A stretch of 64,000 bases of DNA from Octopus sinensis. Taxonomy: Eukaryota. Numbering within the stretch: position 1 is the first letter of the stretch; the number at the start of each line of letters is the position of its first letter. The stretch is taken from contig NC_043009.1 of the NCBI RefSeq assembly GCF_006345805.1, positions 39,494,001 through 39,558,000 of the forward strand, in the 5' to 3' direction. Of the stretch, positions 13,691 to 27,740 are shown in pieces. The translations under genes were made by a program, and so were the position numbers. The notes beneath the pieces are model-generated. The model saw nothing but the letters and a program-made list of their open reading frames with translations, was not told where the DNA came from and did no database searches.

Positions 13691-15936
13691 GTGCACACAT
13701 AGATACGCAGATATAAGCATGATGGAAAAAAATATACCTGTATATCCATGACTTCATGTAACAGTCAAGCTAAACACTTGCAATATAATATGCACATATC
13801 CATACGCCAAAATACACCTTACAACTCACATAGCCATTCAGAGCAAATAACAAAACATGCACGTGATATAAGTGATCTGTAATGCTAGCATTTATACATG
13901 GTCCCTCTTGCATATTATTCATCCACCTTAGTTTACAGTCTACTACTCTGTTACAACACTGTATTTGCTTGCGTCTGTCTGTTTTTAAATGAGCAAAACG
14001 CACTCAAGCTCTCATGCGTATACATACGCATACACGAAACATATGACCTACATTCGTATACACAGGGTTCTAAACATAACAGACAAATCTGAGAGAAACA
14101 CGTTAGCAAAGACTTCAGTATATACACACATACACACGTAAGCACTGATGCTCACAGACCCATAGTTACTTCCCTTGTTGCTCTCGCAAATACAAAACCA
14201 CTTTCCTTCCTGTTAACTTCCAATCATCACTAAACTCCGCGCACTTCTAACGTAACTTGACACAGACTAAAACAGATTTTCCTATTATTTCCGTTTTAAC
14301 TCGATTTTATTATTTCCTTCCTTTTACACTTCTTCTGAAGATCTTAAAACTCGAACGTCAATGACAACGCCATACAGTCACTGACACCTAAACACACACA
14401 CGGTACACACACACACATGCACACACACACATGCACACAAACACACACACACACATGCACACAAACACACACACACATGCACACAAACACACACACACAC
14501 AAATTCTGACACTCACACAAGCAAACTCACGCATATGTATACACATATAATCTTACGTACAATATATATATATATATATATATACATATGTGTCTGTGTG
14601 TGTGTGTATGTATGTATGTATATATTTTTTTACATAAATATATGTAAATATGTTGCAAACACACACACACATACACACACATATAAATGTATGAATAGTT
14701 TACTTTTCAGCTAAGCTCGATCAAAAATGTACTACATCAAGTGAAAAATAAATATTATTTAATATACACAGTACAAAGATACGAGTTGCTAATAGTTTCA
14801 TGCATTAGACATGCGAGGCTAAGCAGGGTTTTATAATACGTCTTGTGTCTGCAAGGAGTTTTTAGGCTTCGGGCACATGGTCTATTCAATTTACAAATCT
14901 AGAGGCTGAGACCAGAGAAAGTACGAGCAAAAAGAAAATGAGAATATAGATACAACACGTGGAAGGGCGGAAAATCTGAAAAAGAAAAGAAAGAAGAAAG
15001 AAAATTAGACTTGTGCCTCGTTTGACATTATTATTCGTAAATTGTTGATACCCGGCGCTCAAAGGTTAATAAATGTAATTAAAAATTAGGAAATACACTT
15101 ATAAAACAAACACAATAACTATCTCGTTGTGACATACTGACAGAGTCCATTATAATTCTAGTCTTATTAGGTACAAAATGCAAACAGGTAATGAGTTTTG
15201 TTGAAAAAATAGAAATGTTATAATTGTGTCAGTTAAGCGAAATCTATTTTGTAGGAAACGAAAGAAAATAATTTACATATGCTCTTAATTTAGAGAAATT
15301 GGGATAGAATTTTATACAATATCATTTACGGTAATCGAAATAATAATTAAGTGGTGTTCTTGTAATGCAGTGTTTAACCAAGTATTAAAATAAATTTGAA
15401 ATTAAATATTTGGTGAATTTTAAATACAAAACTGCTTCAGTTCAGACATATTCACAATAGTGAGTTGAATGAAGGAATAAGAGAGTGAGACATTTTTACA
15501 ATAGTCAATTAATACAGGCAAAAAAAAAAGAAAAGAAAAAGAAAAAGGAAAAGTAATCTTAGCTGCACAAAAAAAATGAACAAACGATAAATTAACTACA
15601 TTTCACAATGGCAATTCACGCGAGGTTCGAAAATGAAGACAAATCGCAAATTATCCGGAACTTGAATGATAACGAATAATGAGATAATGATAGCATATAG
15701 TATGCCAAAAAACCGTCGAATTACGATACTCTATAGATATATATAGAAGACGTTGGCAGTTTTCGATATGAAACTAACACCCCAATTTTTGTGTTAGTGG
15801 GCGGCATTTTAAACCGATCATAAATAACATTAAGAATTTAATCCAGCCAGGCTTTATCAATGACAACCCTGAGAAATTTTAAATACACTATGATTACAGT
15901 ATCCATACATACACACACTGACACATACACATATAC

Positions 15937-16002
<66 letters not shown>

Positions 16003-16043
16003 GCATATATATGTACACACACATACACGCATACACACACACA

Positions 16044-16176
16044 TTGCTGTGTCTGAGGAGAGTCATCCTCTTTTCTTTTAGTGCCTTATTATTTAACACA
16101 CTCACGGGAAACTTTACCGATAAGTGTGTTAATTAATAAGGCACTAAAAGAGAATGATTATCACCAGATACAACAA
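16044..16176. mobile_element. about 130-bp fold-back MITE made of two transposon termini
   Basis: Left arm tgtgtctgaggagagtcatcc...tagtgccttattatttaacacact is the approximate reverse complement of the right arm agtgtgttaattaataaggcactaaaagagaatga...ccagatacaaca. The same terminus occurs at 44263. Confidence 0.7.
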
Positions 16177-16477
16177 AGCATATTTCAATACACGAACTCG
16201 CATAAAGAATCTTGCAAACCAAATCCAAAACCAAAGTATATATATTTCGTTTACACGAATTAATATATGATTTTGCAAGATTTGTGTAGAACAGATTAAC
16301 CCAGTACTTATTCTTAGAGACTGATATGTATTCTATCGGTCTTTGTTGCCGAATCTCTAGGTTGTGAAATTGGAAACAAACCAACAGATTTTCCCAAGCG
16401 GTGTGTGTAGGGACAAATACCTACATATAATTACACTCATCCACGCATACACACGCGCACACACACACATACACACA

Positions 16478-16521
<44 letters not shown>

Positions 16522-17039
16522 TCCATATGAATTTATGTATGTATGAATGTATGTATGAATGTATGTATGTATGTGTGTATGTATGTATAGTGTACAGTTC
16601 TGTTATTGGTTGGAACCATAAAAAATACGCCATTCAGTGAGAGATAAATAGTTATTGTATACAGGATTTAAACGTGAGGTACTATAAGTTTCATGCCTTT
16701 GATGATACAGTATTCAGACGAAGTTGTATAGTGTTTCGTGTATTGTTACGCAAAATTTCGGCTTCAGAATACAGCACGGCAGCTCTCTGGGAGAAATGGA
16801 GGAAGAACGTGAGGAGAAAGAGAATGTAAAAATAGGTTATAAAAAAAAATATATAAGAAAAGGCGATAAGAGTTGTGCACCTATGTTCCTTTAGAATGGT
16901 AACTGATAATGGTTGGGGTAGCTAATTCAACGTTAAAGTTTGAGAGCCTGCATGCTTAAACAGGATTAGGTAGTGCTTTCATTGTCAATAATAAAAATAA
17001 AAATCTATTCAGCTGCTTACAATTAGTAAACCTTTCAAT

Positions 17040-17590
17040 GGGTCAGTGGAGTTGTTAGAATATGTGATTTTTCAGCTATACGAGGCCAGCACCTCATTGA
17101 TACACCAACGTATGGTGCAGACCGTCCTACGATGTCCCACTTGGTGGCGTGCGCGCGTGTGTATGCTGTTCTGCCTTTGGTCCCAGGTATGTCTTGCTGA
17201 CTTAGTGGTTCTCTTATTTATCCGCTGGAAAGAAGACTAGTGGTTGACACATATTTTTTAAAAGTCACTATCGCATATTCCAGTATGCTTTTCTTTTGAA
17301 CTTCGTTGTTTTAGAACCAGCTTCGTAAACCACTGAGCTAAACATGCATGCCTGGTCGCATGGGTAAGTATCTGGGCCTCTACTGGTACATTCCCGAGTA
17401 GGTGCCTTACTTGTAATAATATTCTTTTAGGATAGGGTAACAGCTGTAAAAAATACTTTGACAAGACGTTTATTATACTTTTTCTTATATGTACACCTAA
17501 ACACTTATCTATGAAGGTAAGAAATTTTCTACATATATTAATCTTAACGTTCAACGAAAAAGCTGTTTTCCTTCTAAATTATTTTACAGT
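17040..17590 (-). mobile_element. Penelope-like element remnant (GIY-YIG endonuclease region)
   Basis: Minus-strand frames give AFSLNVKINICRKFLTFIDK, HTGICDSDF, NH*SSFQRINKRTTKSARHTW and KWDIVGRSAPY...RCWPRIAEKSHIL, in the order expected for a PLE endonuclease region. Confidence 0.7.
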
Positions 17591-17599
17591 CACCTAAAA

Positions 17600-17880
17600 G
17601 GGTGATAGACAAATGATAGTCAGATCGGGCAAGTTCTGAAGAGTAAGAAAAAGTCCTAAATTTAGTGTCATAATCTTTTTCTGGGTAGCTCAGACACGAT
17701 GTTGTTTTGCATTATCGTGTAAGATCAACCGAATTTTTGGCCAAGCTTTCCATTGATGACAATACTTCTCAGCATCGACTTAACACTGCATGATAGATGA
17801 CGTCATTCATATCAACCCGAACGCAGAGCATAAATTTATCGAAGGCAATCCTGGGTGGGAATACAATCTAGCCTTTGACT
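17600..17880 (-). pseudogene. mariner transposase remnant (catalytic region)
   Basis: Frameshifted minus-strand peptides KFMLCVRVDMNDVIY, VDAEKYCHQ, ILHDNAKQH and SYSSELARSDYHL match mariner KVMLCVWWD.KGVIY / LHDNARPH / PYSPDLAPSDYHL. Confidence 0.75.
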
Positions 17881-17892
17881 GTGTGCTAACCA

Positions 17893-18255
17893 TCCTTTTC
17901 TGCGCCCTTTCTATACTCTTCCATCCATAGTTACACTTATCTCTTCTGTGTCCAATGTCAAAATCCTTACTGTGTCTAATCACATAATAGATTCCTCCAT
18001 TTCCTCCTTTGTATACATCGGGGTTAAGGTCAACAGCTGTTCAAACACTTTACTGAACATTTACGAGACAAAAATACCTTCAAAGCAACTCAACCGTTTC
18101 AAGATATTGCCTATCCTTTTTATTTCTTTTTTTTGGTCAATATTTAGCTACTTACATTTACCGAATAATTAAGTAAGTCGGTGAAGTTATTAGATAGGAT
18201 ACGAGATCTTTCGGCTATACAAAGCCTGCACCTCCCCGGTGCACCAAAGTATGGC
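17893..18255 (-). mobile_element. Penelope-like 3' fragment, second copy of 13128-13493
   Basis: Closely similar to 13128-13493; encodes PYFGAPGRCRLCIAERSRIL...LLN. Confidence 0.65.
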
Positions 18256-18954
18256 CTGAATGTGAGAACTCACTTTTCATCTTGTTCATATTGAGAACTC
18301 ACTTTTCATCACATGCAATGATTCTACACAGGAAAAGTTCGGCAGCAAGTCTACTCTGCAATAACAGATAGTGGGCAACTCTTCGATTAAGCTGTGAATC
18401 AATCAGATAATGTGGAATCCCACTGACCAAGTTTAAACACATTTACTAGTTCATGAAGGTATTTTATGATCGAAATGTGACATGAATTGAAATGATTCGC
18501 TAATTCGAGTGCAGTTTGCTTTGGAATTTCCTCAGAAACGATTTTCCGAAGTTCAATATTGACAGAACTTAATCGTCCAAATCGAGAGCAATGTATGAGA
18601 GAAAAATATCTCGAGCGTAACTAGTGAAAACATCATCGGTGTGTTCGGACACTTGAAGCTACATTTCCATAGACCGTACATATATTTCTTGCTATTTCTA
18701 TTGCTGAAGAGCCATACATCAGTGTCTGATGTAGGTTTGATCTATAAGGTTAAAATCGATGTGTTTAACCACCGTGGCATAAAGTAATGTGCAAAGAAAC
18801 ACATACGCAAAAAGAACCCCCTCACCACACACACACACAAAAAAACAAACAATCAAAAATACATCGGAATGTAAAAGTGTTTGTTTTTACTGTGAATATT
18901 GAAAAAGCACCTTCAAAGTGATCATATGAAAAATGCAATAGAACTTTCTTTCTA

Positions 18955-19162
<208 letters not shown>

Positions 19163-19258
19163 ATATATATATAAATTTATATGACGTGTTTGTATGTAAG
19201 TATATCGTACGTTGTATATATATATATTTGTATTTATGTGCTATCTGAGTATATTCCA

Positions 19259-19304
<46 letters not shown>

Positions 19305-20440
19305 GTCTAAATACATACATAAATATATATAGATGTACTCATATACTTTTTACTATATTTTCCTCTGTTGTAATTTTGTAAAGAATATATTAGTTCTTCA
19401 TAGCCACCGTTTGTGGTGATGCTTTCCTTGTTATCCAACTGTATATTAGTATTTTACATTTTCATGTATAACACTATATATTTTCTCTTATTCGGAATTG
19501 GTACCATGATATTTTACCTAAGATTCATATAGCATTCATCTCAAATAATGTTGTAAGTATATTGATATCATTCCTTTGCATAAAAAGTCTTCAATAAGCT
19601 GAAAAAAAGAAATGTACAAAACTTTAGACAGAATAAAATACAAAATATATTAAAAAAAAACTGCTAAATACTTTGGATAGTTGATGATTTTTCCATATTC
19701 CTTGTAGCCCGAAGCTTATTGCATCGAGTTTTATGTCTAAGTGATATCACAGCTGGCTGCCTTCACAGCTTGGCAGATATGATAGACACTTTTATGTTAC
19801 ATTTAAAGGAAATTACCATAACATAATATTAGAAAGATGACACGCAACTGCATTTAATGTACATATTATATTCAGTAAATTATATTTTTGTCTATCTCGT
19901 ATTGTAGCCAAAACGTGATTCAATTCAATATCAGAGTAATATATGCCTCACCTTATTCCATTCGTAATTACATAAAAATAGTGTCCAACATTGTAGGTAC
20001 ATTACATACATCTGTAATACATGAATATTGATACCTTGCAACTTTAACATCAGGCGACTAATATTACCCTTTAAATGAATTAGAAAGTCTTTATGCGTAT
20101 TAAAAGCTACAGTATTTGAATTACTTCATTCAAAATATTCTCCGGTTTTCTTTAAGGGTACCTCAATACATGCAACCTCGACATCTTACTTCATGCTGAG
20201 GTTATATATTTAGATATTTAAATCTCTTCTTTACTTCAGTTTCTTGGATAGTTGTTAACTTAAACACCCACAAATTAACTTTTCCCTTTGTTTCTTGTTT
20301 TCCAATTCAATAGAGTCGCTTTGTCCTTGCTGTAGATAGAATGAATAATACATAATTCACAACTGTGTTATGTAACATGACGATGAGAAGAATAAAAGGA
20401 GTAGTTGTACACCACAGTTTACAGTTTCCCTCATTTCCTG

Positions 20441-20441
<1 letters not shown>

Positions 20442-20537
<96 letters not shown>

Positions 20538-20645
20538 CTATCTCTATTTGCCTATCTGGCTGTCTTTGTCTCTCTGTCAGTCAGTCTGCATGTTTGTCTG
20601 TGTCTTTTTTCTCTCTCTGTCACTCATTCAATTCTATCTATCTAC

Positions 20646-20739
<94 letters not shown>

Positions 20740-20768
20740 GTCTGCCGTCTGTCTGTCTATCTATCTAT
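20442..20768. repeat. compound (TATC)n/(TGTC)n microsatellite, 5' flank of the LINE copy
   Basis: Direct inspection; continues after the element at 21853-22035. Confidence 0.9.
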
Positions 20769-21852
20769 CCGCGAGTGTCGCGTTGCTCTCAAGCAACTCT
20801 GCCGTCCTGGGTCGACCTTGAGTGACTTCAACACAACCAAAGCATTCTATAGGGGTTTAGTGGAGGGGAGGTACGACGACGAGCTCGGGGCGTACCTGGA
20901 CGTCGACGAGGAGTACCTGACCCGCCTGTTCAGGACGACTTTCGGGCCAGGGCCCATGGACACTTCCAGAGATCCCTGGCCTGGCAGTGCTACCGAGAAG
21001 CGCTACCCGTTCGGGATAAGCCCTACAGACACGGCTCGAGAAACACGGGGCCGACCTGCCCGAGATGCGGTCAGAGCGACGAAAAACCGTTCTGCACGCA
21101 CTCGTGCAGGTCCAACAATTTCCGACCTGTGGGCTGTGTCGAACAACTGCTGTCACGTGTGGGACGAGTCGGTTTATCAGCTGAGTCTATCGTAATATTG
21201 TCACGCCTCCCTCCTTCAAAGGGAAGGAAGAGCTATTTTCATCATCTTGTGGGCTATGGCGAAAGAATGTATCTGGTGGAAGCGTCATTCTGAAAGGATT
21301 GGAGACAAACACTTTCCTCTCTGGTCAATCTCTCACAACTTCTTCAAGTACCACTTGAAAAGGAAAGTGAGAGTAGAGAGGCAAGTTTTGTCTAGCGAAT
21401 GTTTTAAAAAAAGATGGGTGAATGTAGCAAGAATGGTACGTATGAATGACGAAGTCACCTTGAGCATGATCCTATGAACCCAGAAATTGAAAACAGAGAG
21501 TTGCTTATTTGCAAAAAAAAAAAAAAAGAAATATAACATGTGACTCATGACCGAGGTTACCGTGGCTTTTCGTAGGCTTTTCTTACCACGGGTAAACTCA
21601 CCTGTCCTCCCTTTAACTTCATATGACATTTCTGTGATAACGATCCCTATTGATCAAAAATTTTTTTTTTTTTCCTATCCCCCTTTTTTAAACCACCCCT
21701 TTTTTTTGTCCTCTTTCTCTCCTTTACGATCCCTTTGATTCGAAACTCCCCCTTCCTTTTTTCTTTTTTTTTTTTTTAACCTTCAAAAGAAAAGCTTCTA
21801 CCTTGTAATTTGTCTATATCTGTGTGCAGCCCTGTGTGGCTAATAAAGAAAC
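20769..21852 (+). mobile_element. 5'-truncated copy of the Tx1/L1-like retrotransposon
   Basis: Colinear with 38027-39104 ([20 protein letters not shown]..., 3' UTR, ctaataaagaaac). Candidate TSD tatctatcc at 20762-20770 and 21854-21862. Several small indels break the frame. Confidence 0.95.
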
Positions 21853-21895
21853 ATATCTATCCATCTATCTATCTATCTATCTACATCTATCTATC

Positions 21896-21933
<38 letters not shown>

Positions 21934-21959
21934 TATATCTATCTATCTATATATATATA

Positions 21960-22034
<75 letters not shown>

Positions 22035-22035
22035 T
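21853..22035. repeat. (TATC)n microsatellite, 3' flank of the LINE copy
   Basis: Direct inspection. Confidence 0.9.
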
Positions 22036-25000
22036 TATGTCTTTTTGCCTGTCTGTCAGTCTATCTGGCTGGCTGTCTGTCCATCTATCCATCTATTCAT
22101 CTGTCTCTCTGCTTGTCTCTCTCTGGCTGTCTCAGTCTTCGGTCAGTCAGTATGTCTGTCTGTATATGTATCTATCTATCATCTGTCTATCTATACACGC
22201 AAAGAAACACCCGTCACACACACACACAGACACACACACGCACACACAGAGACACATTGATATAAAGTCATCGCATTTGTCCTAGCAAGGGAGTAGTCAA
22301 ACATACACACTAGCACTCACAAACACACCTACTCACACACGTATGCACACACACACACACACGCGCACACATAACACTCCCTATTACACACTTTCTCAAT
22401 AATACCTACCTCACCATCACCTACTCACCGTCTTCAAATACGAACAATTATTTCTTGCTTCTTTATATTCCAGTGTAACAGTCTCTCGCAAGAATTGTTC
22501 CTACATTGACTTTGAGAGAGTGATTTTTTAGTTGCTTTCTTTCCTAAATAAACAAGCCAATTTACCTATTTCCGTTAACACCTAGAAACACATTGATGTC
22601 TCTTCTACACGTTCTAAAACATTTTCTTATTTTACAATGTATCTGCTATGGCCTGTCAATGATCGTCTTTTTTATGATTTACCTGTAAGTAATCGTTGTT
22701 TTGCTGTTTTTGTCCTTATTATCATTAAAGCTTTCAACCATCCCTGACACAAAGCGTTTCAGGTTTAAACGTCATACAACTATAACACTATATTATCAAC
22801 ATGTGTTTTCTCTAAAACACTCTCTGTCAAACCATTCCTGCTTCAGATTTCGTAATTCTTTCTACCAACCTAATCTCTAGAAAGAACTTATGGCCATTAT
22901 TGAAATAAACATTATAATCACAATAGAATAAGTAGAAGAATATTACGTTTTTACGAAGAAACAATTTCAAAGAGTTGAAACTATGGTTTTGATCCGGTTC
23001 GATGAATTTGAGAGCAAAATTTTAGTTTTCTTGTTATACTTTCGAGTTAAACGCTTTTGATGTTTGTAACAAGTTCTGAATCAAGATATGGAATATTTTT
23101 CTAGCAATAAAATTCAAATCAAGAATAATTGCACGTCATAACTGATTCAAACGTGAAGAGCTAATTCATTTCAAGAGAGATTTGGAATGAATTATCTCTT
23201 TAGCTTTGAATCGGTTATGACATATTCAGAAGAGTATGGCAGTACTCAAAAGTTTGTAAGCGGTATTAGGAATGTATTCGTTTAATCACTGCCTAACAAT
23301 TGTAAAGTACGACGCGTTATATTTGGAGGTTTATGCTACGAAATCTTTCTTGCTTCATGAATCATGAACAGGTTTATGCTGATTACCTGTAGCAACAATC
23401 GTTCTTCACTCCATCCTACTAACGAGGCATAGTTATACAAGCAACTGGAGACCCCTTTGTAGTAAGATTCTTACAATCATCATGCAACTGATACCTATTT
23501 CCTATCCTATAATGAGTGATTTACACGCAGCATTACATTGGGTTATTGACTACGACATATGGAAGTGGTCACGCACCTCCATCAATGCGAGAATTCCTGT
23601 CGAAACCTTCTCTATAAGACACCCGATACCTTTCTATTTATCACTTCTCAACCAAGAGAGTTCTATCAGCTACATTTCTGCCGAGAAGCTTTCATATTTG
23701 CTGTTCTCTTCCTTTTTTTATTTTCAACTCTACATTGCAAACAACTTAGTCAAAGCATTCCAACTGCACTAAACTCACCAAAAATGCAGAGTAAAAAACA
23801 GTGAAGATTCCTTCCAGCATCCAAACCTTTAATAGGATCCGAATTTGATGATATCCTTCAGTTCCTTTCGAATATCATAAGTATTATTTCTTACAAACTC
23901 CAAACTATTGAAGCTTTCTTTATTTATAGAAACGAATCGATGCTTTTGAGCAATGCTATAGTGTCTAGATTCCACCAATAGGAAGCGCATTTATTCTACT
24001 AACAACTATCTTAAGATGCTAACTTCCAGCAATTTAATGATGACGGAAACAGTCATTATAACAATGAATCCCATCATCCTTTGATGTCCTTGCTCCTAAC
24101 AGGCTCATACAATACAGCTTCTACCACTGAACACTTTGCTTAAACGAATGTAACAAAAAATGTTAGAATTAATGTCAGAAAATTTAGATTTTGGAATAGA
24201 AAAAAACAACATTTAGCTATATTGCTCCTAAAGGATTTATCTTTCTCTAATACCTTGCTGTGGAATCATTCTTCGGCGATCTTACTCAATAATGCATTAA
24301 TGGTGATCAAAATTATATCTTTACTCTAAACAAATCTCTTAAATAAGCGAGTAAACTGTTAACACTTCTAACATAGATAAACCCTTATATTGTATGTCAA
24401 TCTTTATTTGTCCTTAACCTTACGCAAAAATCGTAATCCATATGCAATCTAGATGTCCCAATGACCGCATAGAAACAGTTTAGATATAAATAAGAGAAGA
24501 AAAGTTCTTGGAGTGTCCGTGCCATGGAAGAATATGGAGAGATATCAGTGAAGCCTGATAAATCTTTCGCTACAGGAAACAGTTCGGCCCGTTTTACGCA
24601 TCACACATGCGTGGCGAGTTTGGGAGCTAAGAGTTGTTGAATGCATTGAAATCACCGAAATTAATAGCTTCAAAGACCGGTCAATTGAGAGAAATACTAG
24701 CAATGCAGTATGAGAGATAATCTTTCGACAGTTAACTGTTGGACGACCTCCAAGAACAGTAGAAATATAAAACTGCGGCTGATGAGGTTTCATACATTTA
24801 CAGCCTTTCCTTTATAGTTGTGTTGTTTCACTGAAGAGGTTGTTTGTGAGGAAGTTACCTGCCCAATCTCAAATTAGAGGTTATATCTTCTTTTGCATTC
24901 TTTGCAGTGCGTTGTTTACTGAAGAGGATCAGGGGCTGAGGCAAAAGCGACAATCCCCCAAAGGAATTCAAAGTGCTTGCGTGTGTTCTAATTATGCTTA

Positions 25001-25101
25001 TGCATCGATCTGATTTACTTACTAAATCTATGTGTGTTGTGACATGTTGAACGTATTTCTTTGTATGATTTTAGCTCAACATAAGTGCATGTGTGTTTGA
25101 A

Positions 25102-25139
<38 letters not shown>

Positions 25140-25728
25140 TTTGTGTATGCATGTTTGTGTTTGTGTGTTTATATATGTATATGTGTGTGCGGGTTTATGG
25201 TGTGGAGTCTTATACTTGATTGTGTGTACATGTCTCTAGAGATGTTGTTCAGATTGGAAATTGTGGATTTAGTACATGTTATATTAAGTCAGGATTTCAG
25301 ATTATTAAGGATTACAGTTAGGACAGGAACCTGTTGATCTAATGTAGAGGATATAAGAAGAACTGGATGTAATATTCAATATGTTGCTCTGTATCTTTTG
25401 TTATGTGAAATGTTCATCTTCCTTCGCTCGTCTTCTAGTTTGCTCTGATGTATCTCGGGATGGTTAACGCAATATATTTCATCAATATTTAGCACAATAG
25501 ATAGCGAATTTAAGGATATTTGGTCATTGTTTCTAGCGTGTAGATCGGCTATGAAAGAAACCTTTGTTGAATAGTCAGTAAAATTGCTCCAGGTTATTGA
25601 CGGATGTCGTCAAGGGGTTTAGTTTCCTAAACGGAGTAAGGATGTGAACGGTTAGCAAGCGATTCTCTACATATTTTACTCGAGGGCTTCAAAGCAACGA
25701 AAGTAGTAAGTGGTGTTTTTGTGTGTGC

Positions 25729-25785
<57 letters not shown>

Positions 25786-26864
25786 GGTGTTCTTCCGTAT
25801 GTATCGTCTTAAGGCATAAAAGTGAAACAAGTATAGGCATCTTCCTAGGGATTTGTTTTAGCAACGAAGAAAGATGGCGTTACGAAACGATATCCAATAC
25901 AGAGGCATAGATGAAGAGAACATGATACACGGAATATTATAAATAATTTCTGGTTCACACGGAAGGAAAGCATTGCAGTTAGGGTAAACATGACATAAAG
26001 AGCTTACAGAGCGCTGGCAAAACTCGTAGATGTACTACATTTCTGGCCCATTTCCAGCCAGTTACATGGATTTCTTTTGTTCGTGATCTACAGTTATGTC
26101 TATGTACATATCGTAGCAGACGTTTGAGTAACACTTTAATGTAAATTACTGTTGTGCACTACTTTAGGAAGGTTTGTCACAATTCGACCGCAGATATTCT
26201 CTGTATCTAAAAAGAAACGCTATCATTTTGATGTACTCAGGCTATCTTCACACAGTTTTTATTGTGAATCCTTGTGGTGTCAGTTTATCAGATATCTTAA
26301 GTTATAACTTTCCTAGACTACTGTGTATTGTTTGTGTGTAGGGAGGTGTAGTGTTTTAATTATATTTTCATGGCACGTATATTGATTGTAAGCTTGTGAT
26401 ATTGAATGAGATTAGGTATGTTTCATTGGAGGATATTTTCAAGGTCACTGATCATAACAGAAATAGTTTATATGTTTATATCTGGTCTGAGATGTCTGGC
26501 TGTGGGCGAATGACGCCTGCTTTAGAAATGCTATGAAATTGTGAACATTGGTGCCATGTTAACGGGAGAGTGGGTGTAAATAACAGCAAGTAGGTCGTTA
26601 CTGTATACTAGATTGAATTAAAAATCAGTATGAAGACTTTTGTATTTAATAGTGCGTTGTGCATTTTAATCCCGTGAGCAAACCATCTCAACCCGATATA
26701 TTCTCCACGGCAACTATCACAGCAGAGCAAGTTACAAATATCTTTACTGGTTTTCATATCTAATAACTGCGTGAATTTTGGTCTTTTACCTGAAAAATCA
26801 CATCTACATTACTTTTAGGATTAAATACTTTGTTTTCTTTACCATCCATTTACATGTTAAAAGT

Positions 26865-27260
26865 TATAAGGCGGCCATGCTGGGGCACCAGAGTGAAGAA
26901 TTTTTAACAGAATTGATTGACCCCAGTGTTTTTTTAAGTCTGATACTTATTCTATCCATTAAATTATGGGGACCTAAACACCATGGCTGGTTATCAGGCA
27001 ACAGTGGGGTACATAAAGACACACACACAAACACACACACACACACACACATATCCCGTCAGATATAAATAAATGTATGTGTGTGTGTGCGTGTGTGTAC
27101 GAAGGGTTTCTTTCAGATTTAGTCTAGCAAATCCAGTCACTAATCTTTGGTTGGCCCGACGCTATAGTAGAAGAAGACGCTTGCCCATGGTGCAACACAG
27201 TGGGACTGAACCCACATCCACGTCTGCGCCAACATGTGTGGCACTCAGATGAATCTGTTA
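26865..27260 (-). mobile_element. SINE family B, degenerate full-length copy
   Basis: The reverse complement contains the family B head/core (27095-27260), an internal CA tract and the 3' module gatagaataagtatc...ggtgccccagcatggccgcc (26865-26955). Confidence 0.65.
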
Positions 27261-27664
27261 AATATTTCACGGATAGAAAGCAACAGATTGGCAGAATGGT
27301 TGGAGCGTCTGACAATATGCCTTGTGGTGTGTTATTTCTTCCAGGTCTTTACACATTGAATGCAATAACCCACAGATGTCAATTTACGCTGAGGACATAA
27401 TAAGATATAGTAGTGTTTATGTACTGCGGTTCATTCAATAATGATTCTTTATGTGTGCCAGCACGGATTGAACTACTAAGGTTCAATAGACTCCAAGTTC
27501 AAGTATGGGGCTACGATGAAAAGTTAAGTGCAAACACACGTTACACTACACTGTCGGTGCACCAATGTGTTATCTTTGTGTACATTTCATATTTCTTGCA
27601 ACCCATACAAATTCACACTCAAATACGCAATCCTACCGTTGACTCATATATACGCGTACGCACG

Positions 27665-27740
<76 letters not shown>

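Noticed and set aside
17076-17186. Apparent 111-bp host exon (ttttcag...cag/gtatgt, open frames)
   Set aside because: The minus strand encodes the Penelope-like motif WDIVGRSAPY...IAEKSHIL, colinear with adjacent PLE sequence, so the splice-like signals are probably fortuitous.
18708-18745. Hammerhead ribozyme (ctgaagag followed by a 10-bp stem)
   Set aside because: The required GAAA after stem II is absent; the same holds for other CTGANGA hits inspected at 24778, 24830, 24917 and 45013.
20365-21195. 276-aa ORF as a gene
   Set aside because: It is a read-through of (TATC)n repeats (IYLS)n into a frameshifted LINE fragment.
23300-24150. Possible decayed LINE endonuclease on the minus strand
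   Set aside because: Only vague peptide resemblance across many stops; not supportable without a profile search.
25250-25620. Possible endonuclease remnant (minus strand FIADLHARN, like GDFNAR)
   Set aside because: A single weak motif with no corroborating neighbours.
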